From Mobula hypostoma (Eukaryota), in NCBI RefSeq assembly GCF_963921235.1, contig NC_086098.1:1736001-1800000 (forward strand): DNA of 64,000 bases. The letters run 5' to 3'. This document shows, piece after piece, positions 23,031 to 34,927 of this stretch. The notes beneath the pieces were generated by a model. It was not told the origin of the DNA. It did not search any database and saw only the letters and a list, made by a program, of their open reading frames with translations. Both the position numbers and the translations under genes were made by a program. Numbering within the stretch: the first letter of the stretch is position 1; every line of letters starts with the position of its first letter.

Positions 23031-24118
23031 GGCTACTTAACAAGATAAGAGCCCATGGAATTATGGGAAAGTTACATACATGGATAGAGCGTTGGCTGAT
23101 TGGCAGGAAACAGAGAGTGTGAATAAAGGGATCCTATTCTGGTTGGCTGCAGGCTACCAGTGGTGTTCCACAGAGGTCCGTGTTGGGGCCACTTATTTTT
23201 ACGCTGTACATCAACAAATTGGATTATGGAATAGATGGCTTTGTGGCTAAGTTTGCTGATGATACGAAGATAGGTTGAGGGGCCAGTAGTGCTGAGGAAA
23301 CAGAGAGTCTGCAGAGAGTCTTTGATAGATTGGAAGAATAGGCAAAGAAGTGGCAAATGAAATACAATGATGGAAAGTGTATGGTTATGCATTTTGGCAG
23401 AAGAAATAAACGGGCAGACTATTGTTTAAGTGGGGAGAAAATTCAAAGTTCTGAGATGCAACAGGACTTGGGAGTCCTCGTACAGGATACCCTTAAGGTT
23501 AACCTCCAGTTTGAGTTGGTGGTGAAGAAAGCGAATGCAATGTTGACATTCATTTCTAGAGGAATAGAGTATAGGAGCAGGGATGTGATGTTGAGGCTCT
23601 ATAAGGCGCTGGTGAGACCTCACATGGAGTACTGTGGGCAGTTTTGGTCTCCTTATTTAAGAAAGGATATGCTGACATTGGAGAGAGTACAGAGAAGATT
23701 CACTAGAATGATTCCGGGAATGAGAGGGTTAACATACGAGGAACATTTGTCCGCTCTTGGACTGTATTCCTTGGAGTTTAGAAGAATGAGGGGAGACCTC
23801 ATAGAAACATTTCGAATGTTGAAAGGCATGGACAGAGTGGATGTGGTAAAATTGTTTCCCATGATGGGGGAGTCTAGTATGAGAAAGCATGACTTAAGGA
23901 TTGAAGGGCGCCCATTCAGAACAGAGATGCGAAGAAATGTTTTTTAGCCAGAGGGTGGTAAATCTATGGAATTTGTTGCTACGGGCAGCAGTGGAGGCCA
24001 AGTCATTGGGTGTATTAAGGCAGAGATTGATAGGTATCTGAGTAGCCAGGGCATCAAAGGTTATGGTGAGAAGACGGGGGAGTGGGACTAAATGGGAAAA
24101 TGGATCAGCTTATGATAA

Positions 24119-24149
24119 CACACATCATAGTTGCTGGTGAATTCCTGTT
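24119..24149. mobile_element. 31-bp remnant of the palindromic PLE mini-element
   Basis: cacacatcatagttgctggtgaa (left end of 11365) fused at gaat to gaattcctgtt (right end of 11584); 15-bp TSD atcagct(t/c)atgataa at 24104-24118 and 24150-24164. Confidence 0.8.
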
Positions 24150-26829
24150 ATCAGCTCATGATAAAATGGCCGAGCAGACTTAATGGGCCGAATGTCCGAC
24201 TTCTGCTTCTTTGTCTTATGGTCATATGATCTTATCCTCTTGCTCTTCACATACTTGTAGAATGCTTTGAGGTTTTCCTTAATCCTGCCTGCCAAGGCCT
24301 TCTCCTGGCCCCTTCTGGCTCTCCTAATTTCCTTTTTAAGCTCCTTCCTGTCAGCCTTATAATCTTCTAGATCTCTAACATTACCTATCTCTCTGAACCT
24401 TTTGTAAGCTTTCCTTTTCTTTTTGACTAGATTTATTACAGCCTTTGTACACCACAGTTCCAGTACCCTCCCATAACTTCCCTGTCTCATTGGAATGCAC
24501 CTATGCAGAACTCCACACAAATATCCCCTGAACATTTGCTACGTTTCTTCCGTACTTTTCCCTGAGAACATCTGTTTCCAATTTAAGCTTCCAATTTCCT
24601 GCCTAACAGCCTCATAATTCCACTTACTCCAATTGAATGCTTTTCTAACTTGTCTGTTCCTATCTCTCTCCAATGCTGTTGTAAAGGAGATAGAATTATG
24701 ATCACTATTTCCAAAATTCTCTCCCACTGAGAGATCTGACACCTGACCAGGTTCATATCCCAATACCAGATTAAGTACAGCCTCTCCTCTTGTAGGCTTA
24801 TCTACATATTGTGTCAACCTTCCTGAACACACCTAACAAACTCCACCCCACCTAAACCCATTGCTGTAGGGAGATGCCAATCAATATTTGGGAAATTAAA
24901 ATCTCCCATCACGACAACTCTGTTATTATTACACCTTTCCAGGATCTGTTTCCCTATCTGCTCCTTGATACCCCTGTTTCTATTGGACAGCCTATAAAAA
25001 GCACCCAATAAAGTTATTGACCTCTTCCTGTTCTTAACCTCCTTCCACAGAGACTCCGTAGACAATCCCTCCATGATGTCCACCTTTTCTGCAGCCGTGA
25101 CACTATCTCTGATCAACAGTGCCATGCCTCCACCTCTTTTGCCTCCCGTCCTGTCCTTTCTGAAACATGTAAAACCCAGCACTTGAAGTAACCATTCCTG
25201 TCCCTGAGCCAAGCAAGTCTCTGTAATGGCCACCACATCATAGATTCAAGTACTGATCCACACTCTAAGCTCATCTGCTTTGTTGACAACACTCCTTGTG
25301 TTACAATAGACACATCTCAAACCGTCCATCTGAGCACGTCCCTTCTCTATCACCTGTCTATCCTCCCTCACACACTGTCTCCAAGCTTTCTCTATTTGTG
25401 AGCCAACAGCCTCTTCCCCTGTCTCTTCAGTTCGGTTCCCACCCGCCAACAATTCTAGTTTAAACTCTCCCAAGTAGCCTTAGTAAACCTCCCCATCAGG
25501 ATATTGGTCCTCCTGGGATTCAAGTGCAACCCTTCCGTTTTGTACAGGTCACACCTGCCCCAAAAGAGGTCCCAATGATCCAGAAATCTGAATCCCTGCC
25601 CCCTACTCCAAGCCCTCAGCCACACATTTATCCTCCACCTCATTCTATTCCTATACTAACTGTCACGTGGCACAGGCAGTAATCCTGAGATTACTACCTT
25701 TGCTGCCCTGCTTCTCAATTTCCTTCCTAACTCCCTGTAGTCTTTTTTCAGGACTTCCTCCCTTTTCCTACCTATGTCATTGGTACCAATATGTACCACG
25801 ACCTCTGGCTGTTCTCCCTCCCACTGCAGGATATCTCGGACGCGATCTGAAACATCCTGGACCCTGGCACCTGGGAGGCAAACTACCATCCAAGTTTCTT
25901 TCCCGCGTCCACAGAATCACCTGTCTGACCCCTAACAATAGAGTCCCTTATCATTGCTACCTTCCTCTTCCTTTCCCTAACCTTCCGAGCCACAGGGCCA
26001 GAGTCTGTGTCAGAGCCGTGGCCACTGTTGCTGCCCCCAGGTTGGCCACCCCCCCCAACAGTTCTCAAACAGGAGTACTTATTGTCAAAGGGTACAGTCA
26101 TAGGGGTACTCTCTAGTACCTGACTCTTGCCCTTCCCTCTCCTGACTGTTACCCAGTTGTCTTTCTTCCGTGGTCCTGCCTATAATTCCTTTCTATCACC
26201 TCCTCGCTCTCCCTGACCAGACGAAGGTCTTCAAGCTGCAACTCCAGTTCCCTCACTCGGTACCTTAGGAGCTGCAGCTCGACACACCGGGTGCAGATAT
26301 GGCCGTCCAGGAGGCTGGGAGACTCCAGGGCCTCCCACATTTGACACCGAGCACAGAAAACTGGCCTCACACACATACTACTACCTCTTTTCCACAATTA
26401 ATACAGGTAAACCTACCTCACCTTGTTACCGCCTAAGCCCATTGATCCAAAGCCCTATCACTCTGCTACCTCTCATTCCACTGGCCGCTGGATATGGCAG
26501 TCTTCTTTTTAAACTTTTCCCGCTCTACTGGCTAACGTCACGTGCCTGAGCAGTCTTGCTTCTCTTTTCCCCCGAGTAGTAAAACTGCCTTCGCTCCTGG
26601 CTACTCATCTAACTTAATAACTTTCAAAAGCTCCAGCGCATTCTCTTTGTTAATGTCCACCTGTATGTGCTCAAGTGTTTCAGTCCACTAAGTCATCCCC
26701 ACAATTGCCAAGGTCCTTTTCACTGGTGAATACTGAAGCAAAGTATTCATTAAGTACCTCTTCTACCTCCAACTCCATGCACATTTCCAGTATCACTGCT
26801 GATTAGTCCTATTCTGACAGGGCTCATCC

Positions 26830-28720
26830 TTTCAATTTTCCAATTGATTGGAAAAGAACACTGGCGCAGATGCCAGCAATGCAGCAGCGGCTGGAATTCC
26901 TGGTACAGGATATATACATCCCAAAGAGGAAGAAGTATTCTAAGGGAAACTTCCGTAGCTCACAAGAGAAGTCAAAGCCGGCATAAAAGCCAAAGAGAGG
27001 ACATAATAGAGCAAAAATGAGTGAGAAGTTGGAGTGTAGGGAGGCTTTTAAAAACCAAAAGGTGGCAACTAAAAAAATCATTGAGAAGGTATAGATGGAA
27101 TACAAAAGTAAGCTATCCAATAATATTAAAGAGGATACCAAAGTTTCTTCAGATTTATAAAGTATAAGATAGAAGCGAGAGTGGATATCGGAGCACTGGA
27201 AAATGATGCTGGAGAGGTAGTAATGGGGTGCGGACAAAGAAATGGCGGATGAACTGAATTAGTATTTTGCATCAGCCTTCACTGTGGAAAACACCATCAA
27301 TATGTTGGAAGCTCCAGGTGTCAGGGGTCATGAAGTCTGTGAAGTTACCATAACTAGAGAGAAGGTTCTTGGTAAACTGAAAAGTCTGAAGGTAGGCAGG
27401 TCACCTGGTCCAGATGGTATACACCCCAGAGTTCTGAACGAGGTGGCTGAAGAGATTGTGGAGACATTAGTAATGGTCTTTCAAGAATCACTAGGTTCTG
27501 GAATGATTCCAGAATACTGGAAAATTGCTAATGTCACTGTACTCTTCAAGGAGGGAGAGGAGGCAGAAGAAATTAAACAATGGGCCAGTTAGTCTAACCT
27601 CAGTGGTTGGGAAGATATTGGAGTCAATTATTAAGGATGAGGTCTCAGGGTATTTGGAGGCACATGATGAAATAGGCTGTAGTCAGCATGGTAGTTAGTT
27701 CCAAGAAGCCTAGGTAGTTCTAAGGTAAAGATATGTTCGACGCAGCTTTGTGGGCCGATGGACCTGTATTGTGCTGTAGGTTTTCTGTTTCTATATTTCT
27801 ATGTAGTTTCCTCAAGGGAAAATCTTGCCTGACAAACCTCTTGGAGTTCTTTGAAGAAATAACAAGCATGACTGACAAAGGAGAATCTGTTCATGTTGGT
27901 GTACTTCGATTTTCAGAAGGCCACACATAGGACTATTCAACAAGCTACAAGCCCATGGTGTTACAGGAAAGATTCTAGCATGGATAAAGCAGGAGCTGAT
28001 TGTCCAGGAGGCAAAGAGTGGAAATAAAGGGAGCCTTTTCTGCTTGGCTGCCAGTGTGCTGGGGCTGATTTTTTTATTTACAGTGTATGTCAATGATTTG
28101 TATGATGGAATTGCTAGCTTTAATGCAAAATTTGCACACGATATGAGGATAGGTGGAGGGGCAGGTAGCTTTGAAGAAGTTGAAGGGCTACAGAAGAATT
28201 TAGACAAATGAGGAGAATGGGTAAAGAAATGGCAGATGGAATACAGTGTCGGGACATGTATGGTCATGAACTTTGGTAGAGGAAAGTAAAGAGTTAACTA
28301 TTTTCTAACTGGAGAAAAAATACACAAATCTGAAGTGAGAAGGGACTTGGTAGTCCTTGTGCAGGATTCCCTAAGGGTTTATCGGTGAAAGGCCTTTGTA
28401 GAGTGGATGTGGAAAGGATGTTTCCTGTGGTGGAAGTGTCTAAACCAAAGGACACAGTCTCCGAATAGAGGGGCATCCTTTTAGAATGATGAGGAGGAAT
28501 GTCTTCAGCTTGAGAGTGGTGAATGTGTGGAATTCATTGTTATGGGCAGCTGTGGAGGCAGAGGTTGGTAGATTCTTGCTTGATCAGGGCATGAAGGGAT
28601 ATGGGGAGAAAGCAGGAGACTGGGCTGAGAGGAAAATTGGATCAGCCATGACGAATTGGTGGAGCAGACTCGATGGGCCAAATGGCCAAATTTTGATCCT
28701 ATACCTTATAGTCTTATGGA
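26830..28720 (+). mobile_element. Degenerate CR1 ORF2 with a small nested CR1 3' tip (~27692-27803)
   Basis: ORFs 27284-27592, 27733-27930 and 28486-28785 with RT and 3' motifs. Confidence 0.8.
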
Positions 28721-29044
28721 GATATGAGGGGCAAGTTTTTTTTACACAGTGGGTGCCTGGAGTATTCTGCCTGTGGTGGTGGTAGAGGCAATTACATAGG
28801 GGTCATTTAAAATACGTTTAGATAGACACATGAATCTGAGGAAAATGGAAGGATATGGACATTGTGTAGGTGTAAGTGATTAATTTAATTACCATTTGAT
28901 GACAAATCTAATTGGTTAGATGAGAAGGGATGAAATTTTATAAACAGGGAAGTATTTCAAATTTATCTTCACCTATTTTAAAGGTACAAAATTCTGACTG
29001 CTACACACAGACAGACCTGTGTGACTTAGATATAGAACCAATTA

Positions 29045-29157
29045 GGAGGCTAATTGGTCATTGTAAATTGCCCTGTGATTAGACCAGGGTTAAATAGGGG
29101 ACTGCTGGGCTGGAAGTGCCTATTCCATCTCTAAATAAATAAATAAACAAATTAATG
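29045..29157 (+). mobile_element. Probable V-SINE (HE1-like) 3' fragment
   Basis: taattggtcattgtaaattgccc motif recalled from V-domain SINEs; (TAAA)n tail. Confidence 0.45.
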
Positions 29158-29651
29158 AATATATAGTTAACATGTCAGCTCTGGGACTCAATTTGGTTGA
29201 TAGACTCATGCTTGGTCAGAGCATAAAGGTATACAGGGAGAAGGCAGGAGACTGGGGCTGAGAGGAAAATTGGATCAGCCATGATGAAATGGTGGAGCAG
29301 ATGTGATCGTCCAAATGGCCTAATTCTGCTCCTATAACTTATGGTTTTATAGTCTTGGTTGCTGCCTGACCTACTGAGATTTTCCAATAATTTTCTGTTT
29401 ATACTGGTAAAATCAATGTTACTTGCTTGCAGTAGTGAAGATGAAGAGTCTCGGCCCAAAACGTCGACTGTACCTCTTCCTGTAGATGCTGCCTGGCCTG
29501 CTGCGTTCACCAGCATTTTTTATGTTTGTTACTTGCTTGCAGGCTGCCTCCAGCACATCCTTGGAGTGTGTTGTTCGTTAACACAAATGAGATCTTTCAC
29601 TTGATGTTTCGATATACACGTGACAAGTAAAGCAAATATAATCTTTACCTT

Positions 29652-29774
29652 AAACACAAGAGATTCAGCAGATGATGGAAATCCAGAGTATCGCATACAA
29701 AACATTGGAGAAACTATTCCTTTCACTGGATGCCAGACCTAATGAGTTACTCCAGCATTTTGTGTGTGTTGCTC
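29652..29774. mobile_element. Old, centrally deleted palindromic PLE mini-element
   Basis: Left arm is the reverse complement of a PLE tail (aaacacaagagattcagcagatgatggaaatcc); right arm ends ctccagcattttgtgtgtgttgctc; TSD taatctttac(c/t)tt at 29639-29651 and 29775-29787. Confidence 0.65.
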
Positions 29775-30052
29775 TAATCTTTACTTTTCCATGGAATTTA
29801 GAGTCATTTGATCATAGAAACTGCAGCAGAGAAACAGGTCTTGCCATCTAGTTAGTGCCAAACTATTTTTAGGCTAGTCCCATAGACCTGCACCAAGACC
29901 ATAGCCGTTCACAACCCTCCGATCAATGTACCTATCCAAATTTCTCTTTTATGTTGAAATCAAAACCCACATCCAACAGTTCTGCTGGCAGCTCATTCAC
30001 ACTCTTACCAGCCCTCATGATCCTCTTAAACATTTCAATTTTCACCCTTAAC

Positions 30053-30737
30053 AGGAGAAGGAGGAGGAGAAGATGGCGGCATGACGCAGCGCGCGCGGCC
30101 TCTCCGATGAATGATATCTGTAATCTGTCAAGTAGGGGACCGTGCACAATTCTGATTTGATGGAGACAGACGTGAGAGTACAGAGGAACATCTGGAGAAA
30201 CTTCTGAAATGCCCACTTCGCTGCTTCTGCTACTGTGTGATCCAGAATCTCCGGAGCAGAAGGCCCCGAAATCCTCGGCTTTGCTTGTTTCGGCGGCCGG
30301 GGCGAGGTCGAAGGCGCTCGGCAGAGGATGACACTCAGGAGGCTGTATCAGAGGGGCTGATCAGAGGCTCAAAGTTTTCGGACGGACGGGCTCAGTGTCG
30401 GCTGTGGTCGGGTGCTTCCAATGCATCGGCAGTTGTCGGTACCTGGAGGTTTATGGCAGGGAGTTTCTCCCTTTTGCCACCTGCTATCGGGGTCTCGGGA
30501 GTCGATCGGGACTTGACTTTTTTTTACCGTGCCCATGGTCTGTTCTTTATCAAATTATGGTATTGCTTTGCACTGCTGTAACTATATGTTATAATTATGT
30601 GGTTCTATCAGTGTTAGTCTTTGGTTTGACCTGTTTTTCTGTGATATCACTCTGGAAGAACATTGTATCATTTCTTAATGCATGTATACATTTCTAAATG
30701 ACAATAAATGAGGACTGAGTGTTCTCATAATCTAATC
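30053..30737 (+). mobile_element. Non-coding, non-tRNA short retroelement with YY1-like head, copy 1
   Basis: Starts (gga)n gaAGATGGCGGC; ends tgacaataaa-tgaggactgagtgttctca-(TAATC)n; TSD taac; splits a CR1 3' end; homologues at 47106 and 61236. Confidence 0.8.
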
Positions 30738-31457
30738 TAACCCATGACCTCTAGTTGTAGTCCCACTGTACCTCAGTGGAAAAAGCCTGCTTGCATTTAT
30801 CCTGCTTATATCCCTCATAATTTTGTATATCTCTAACCTCTCATTTTCCTGTGTTCTTGGGAATAACCTTTTCAACCATTCCCCTCATTTTCTCCTTGAA
30901 CACTTTGCCTTTCACCCTTAACCCTTGAACTTTATTTGCACTGGAAATATTCAAGGTGAGATCAGAACCTTGTAGAGAGTATCATTTATCGAATCTGAAA
31001 TCTGAGTGGTGTAACCATTTCATTACTTTCTATTCATTTGTAACGTGTGAGGATTCTGTTCCCAATAAAATTGCTCTGAGAAATAGTGCTGGGCCACTTT
31101 CCTGAAGTTCCGTGGTCTTCGTGCTAAATTAATACTTGACATTGAATTTTGAAGTGAAGCTAAAGCATGCTTGCTTTCATTATAGGTAAATAGATCAAGA
31201 TAATCTCCTTGGGCTGGGATTATACATCAAGGAACAGAATGGAATATTTATGATAAAGATTAAGAGAAGCATTTTAAATGGGATGTCAACTATAACAAAG
31301 GGGATGTAGAAAAGACAAGCCTGTTTGAACTTTCTGTACCTTAGAGTATTGGTTTTGTTATTGTGTTCTTCCCACTGGTAGTAGGTGAGTCTATGAGATT
31401 AAGAATCAGCTAATACCAGATTTTAACTGAACTCATCATGGTGTTAACTTCTGTTAA

Positions 31458-31517
31458 TTATTTCAGTTTTGTTCTCCTGAGTGTCTCAGATAAAATAGCA
31501 ATGGATACATCAAAATC
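31458..31517 (-). CDS. Possible terminal coding exon of the host gene (DFDVSIAILSETLRRTKLK*)
   Basis: Acceptor taatttttcag in non-repeat DNA; phase 0 matches the end of exon 45741-45855; short and could be chance. Confidence 0.2.
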   Translation of the reverse strand, partial: DFDVSIAILSETLRRTKLK

Positions 31518-32379
31518 CTGAAAAATTATCATAAATTTTATTGTGAAATACATATCTCCTGCTGCTTCATTGCACTGTCCTCAACAATTCTAATTCCCCA
31601 CATCCTCATTGCTATTGTCTTGGTTCGTTCAGATGTTTTGCAGTTGTTCACCGCAGACGGAAATGTTGAGAGCAGCTAACAATTGCTTTGGTAATGGAAA
31701 ATACTGCAAGTCGGCTATAATGGTTTATTGATGAGACCAATGGCGAGGGAGCTGCATGGCGTCGTGCCGCAGGTATGCCTGTTGCAACTTCACAGGAGGG
31801 GAGTGTGGCATGACGTCCATGCTGGATAGGAAGCTGGCCTCTCCCATCGGTGCTGCCCTCCAGTGTTCAATTAGGGAATAAAAAGCTGGATTGTGTGCAC
31901 GCATGCACACCCCTCATCTGTGGACTAACTGTGTCTGCCGACACCTATTCCCAGGACATGTCACTCAGGAACCTGGGGTAGATTTTATAAATAGCTGATC
32001 CCAGATCCCATTGAACCCCACACACCTGCCCTCTCACCATGTCCCTTGATGCCCGGACCAATCAGAAAAATATTCAACTCCAGCTTTGAATATACCCATC
32101 GACATGTACTCCACCACACACTCTGGCAGAGCACTCCACAGCTTCACCACTCTTTGACTAAAAGAATTCCTCCTTACTTCTGTTCTAAAAGGTGCCCCTC
32201 AATTTTGAGGCTATGCATTCCAGTTCTGGATACTCCAACCAGAGGAAACACCGTCTCCACATCTGCCTTATCTAGTCTTTACAACATTCAGTAGGTTTAA
32301 TGAGACCTCTAGACATTCTTCCAGATTCCAGTGAGACCAGGCACAAAGCTACCAAATGCTCCTCATTTGTTAATAATAG

Positions 32380-33196
32380 CTGATCGCTAGGAGGCAGTGA
32401 GTGCGAATAAAAGGATCCTTTTCTGGTTGGCTGCCAGTGACGACTGGTGTCCCGCAGGGGTCAGTGATGGGACCACTTCTTTTTATGCTGTATTTAAATG
32501 ATTTATATGGTGGAATTTATGGCTTTGTTGCCAAGTTTGCAGATGATACGAAGAATGATGAGGGACAAGTAGTGTTGAGGAAATGGGTAGGATGCAGCAG
32601 GATTTAGGCAGATTTAGAGAAAGGGCAAGAAAGTGGCAAATAAAATACAGTGTTGGCAAATGCATGGTCATGCACTTCGGTAGTAGAAATAAACGTGCGG
32701 ACTATTTTCTAAATGGGGAGAAAATCCAAAAAATCTGAGATGCAAAGGGACTTGTGAGTCCTTATGCAGAACAACCTAAAGGTTAACTTGCAGGTCGAGT
32801 CAGCGGTGAGGAAGGCAAATATCATGTTAGCATTCATTTCAAGATATCTAGAATACAAGAGCAAGGATGTGATGCTGAGGCTTTATAAGGCACTGGTGAG
32901 GCCTCACCTTGAGTATTGTGAACAGTTTTGGAAAAGATGTGCTGGCATTGGAGAGAGTCCAGAGGAGGTACACAAGGGTGAATCCAGAAATTAAAGGGTT
33001 ATCATATGAGAAACGTTTGATGGCTCTGTGTCTGTACTCGCTGGAATTCAGGAGGATGAGGGGGGAATCTCATTGAAACCTTATGATTGTTGAAAGGCCT
33101 GGACAGAGTAAATGTGGAAAGGCTACTTCCCATGGTGGGAGAGTCTAGGACAAGAGGGCACAGACTCAGGATAGAGGGGAACCCTTTCAAAACAGA
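32380..33196 (+). mobile_element. CR1 RT fragment, 3'-broken, followed by a fold-back copy of itself (33197-33312)
   Basis: ORFs 32401-32607 (FADD), 32764-32994 and 33087-33365; 33197-33312 is the reverse complement of 32922-33039. Confidence 0.85.
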
Positions 33197-33527
33197 GAGT
33201 ACAGACACAGAGCCATCAAACATTTCTCATATGATAACTTTCATTCCTGGATTCACCCTTGTAAACCTCCTCTGGAGCTTCTCCAATGCCAGCACATCTT
33301 TTCCAAAACTGTGTCTCATAAATGCTCAGCATTATCTCCTTGCTTTTATATTCTGTTCCCCTTGAATTAAATGCCAACGTTGCATTTGCTCTCTTTACCA
33401 CAGACTCAATCTGTGAATTAACCTTCTGGGAGTCTTACACAAGGACTCGGAAGACCCTTTCCACAACTGATGCTTGAATTACCCTCATTACATGTCCTTT
33501 CCAGCTAACTGCAATATCAACCCCCAC

Positions 33528-34358
33528 GACGACGGCGCTGGGAGGGCAATGGCACTTAACAGCAACTCTTTAGCTAGCACCTTTGGAAATAGCTCTATTT
33601 CTATCTTTAATATCTTTATTTTTCCCTTTCATGGTTCTTTTGAAGACCCCGACCTGGAGTTACACGCTGACTTTGGTTCTTTGTGGGAATTGAGACCCGC
33701 TGTTGGGACTCTGGCCCCTATTCAATATACCAACTACACGGCCTATAAGATTAGAGCACCTTCAGGGTTCCAGGATTTCGTGGCTCTGGAGGTGGGCAGA
33801 CTCGAGGTCCATGCCTCCACAGGGAATCAGTGTGTCGTGGGAGAACGTAGAAGATCGGAAGCAGCGAGCTGGCTGCTGGTTGTCTGCCCAGAGACCCAAG
33901 TCTTTTGTGCACAGAGCTCGGAATAAGTGACACAACAGACTTTTAACAACGTAAATCAGCGAGTTGTTTATGATGTCTCCCCTCTCGCTGTGAAATGGGG
34001 ACATCTCATCTTCCCTTATTAGGGAGAGTTAGAGCCTGTGGTATGTCGAATTACCGGGTGAACGAGTAGTTGTTGGGGTACTGCAAGTCTGTGTTTTTAT
34101 TGATGCTTTGCTGCACACTTGAATGCTTGGTTGGGGGGGCCGGTGCTTTTCTTGCTTATGGAGGAGGGGGTATTGTTGCTTTGCTGCTGTTTATGCGTGG
34201 GGGGGAGCTCGGGAGACTTTGGGGTTCTAACATTTAACTGTCATTCATTCTTTGGGGCACTCCTCTGTTTTTGTGGATGGTTGCGAAGAAAAAGAATTTC
34301 AGGATGTATATTGTATACAATTTCTCTGACATTAAATGTACCTTTGAAACCTTTGAAA
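33528..34358 (+). mobile_element. About 830-bp non-coding retroelement (second non-autonomous family)
   Basis: Homologous to 55030-55700 and to 46706-47105 plus 47743-47789; ends ttctctgacattaaa..(CTTTGAAAC)n; no convincing protein. Confidence 0.75.
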
Positions 34359-34927
34359 CATCCTGGCTACTATTTGGAAGCTTATAAATGATTCCCATAA
34401 TAGTTTTTTATCCTTGGTTTCTTAAATCCACCCACAGAGATTTGACATTCTTTGAACCAATGTCACCTCTTTCTAAAGGTGTAATTCCATCTCTTAATAA
34501 CAGAGCTACACCACTGCCTATGCCCTCCCGCCTGTCCTTTTGATACAAAGTATACCCTTTGATGTTAAGCTCCAGCAATTAAATTTCAGCCACAACTCTG
34601 AGGATCACCTCGTCATACTGACCAACTTCTAAATCCGCCATGAGTTCGTCCACATTATTCCAAATGCTACACACATTTAAATTCAACACCTTCAGTACTG
34701 CATTCTTTGCCCTTTTGAATTTTTCCTCTGCATGACAATTTAACTCTTTCCTCTGTCTGCAGTTGAACCCAATCATTGGCTTGTCCTTCCTTACATTCAT
34801 ATTACATATTACATCATCTACTTGTAAACCTGCTGATTCATCCTCAGCTCGATCATACTGGTCCCCATAGCCCTGCCATATTAGTTTAAACCACTCCCAA
34901 CAGCTCTCGCAAAACCTGCCTGCAAGG

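Larger units (their letters stand above)
15212..24229 (+). mobile_element. CR1 (family B), near full length (partial ORF1 plus ORF2), interrupted by four insertions
   Basis: ORF1 15249-15911; EN 15979-16478 and 16811-17492; resumes 21991-22646 and 23030-24229; TSD tcttatc at 15205-15211 and 24230-24236. Confidence 0.88.
14627..26600 (-). mobile_element. Old CR1 (family C) with 5' UTR, ORF1 and the N-terminal part of ORF2, in pieces 14627-15211 and 24230-26600
   Basis: ORF1 fragments 25455-26397 (CxxC..CxxC, HIGTNDIG, EGLHLN); EN fragments 24539-25313; continues at 14742-15165; halves rejoin through TSD tcttatc. Confidence 0.85.

Noticed and set aside
31633..31772. Plus-strand AG...GT exon-like segment
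   Set aside because: All three frames contain stops; no support as a coding exon.
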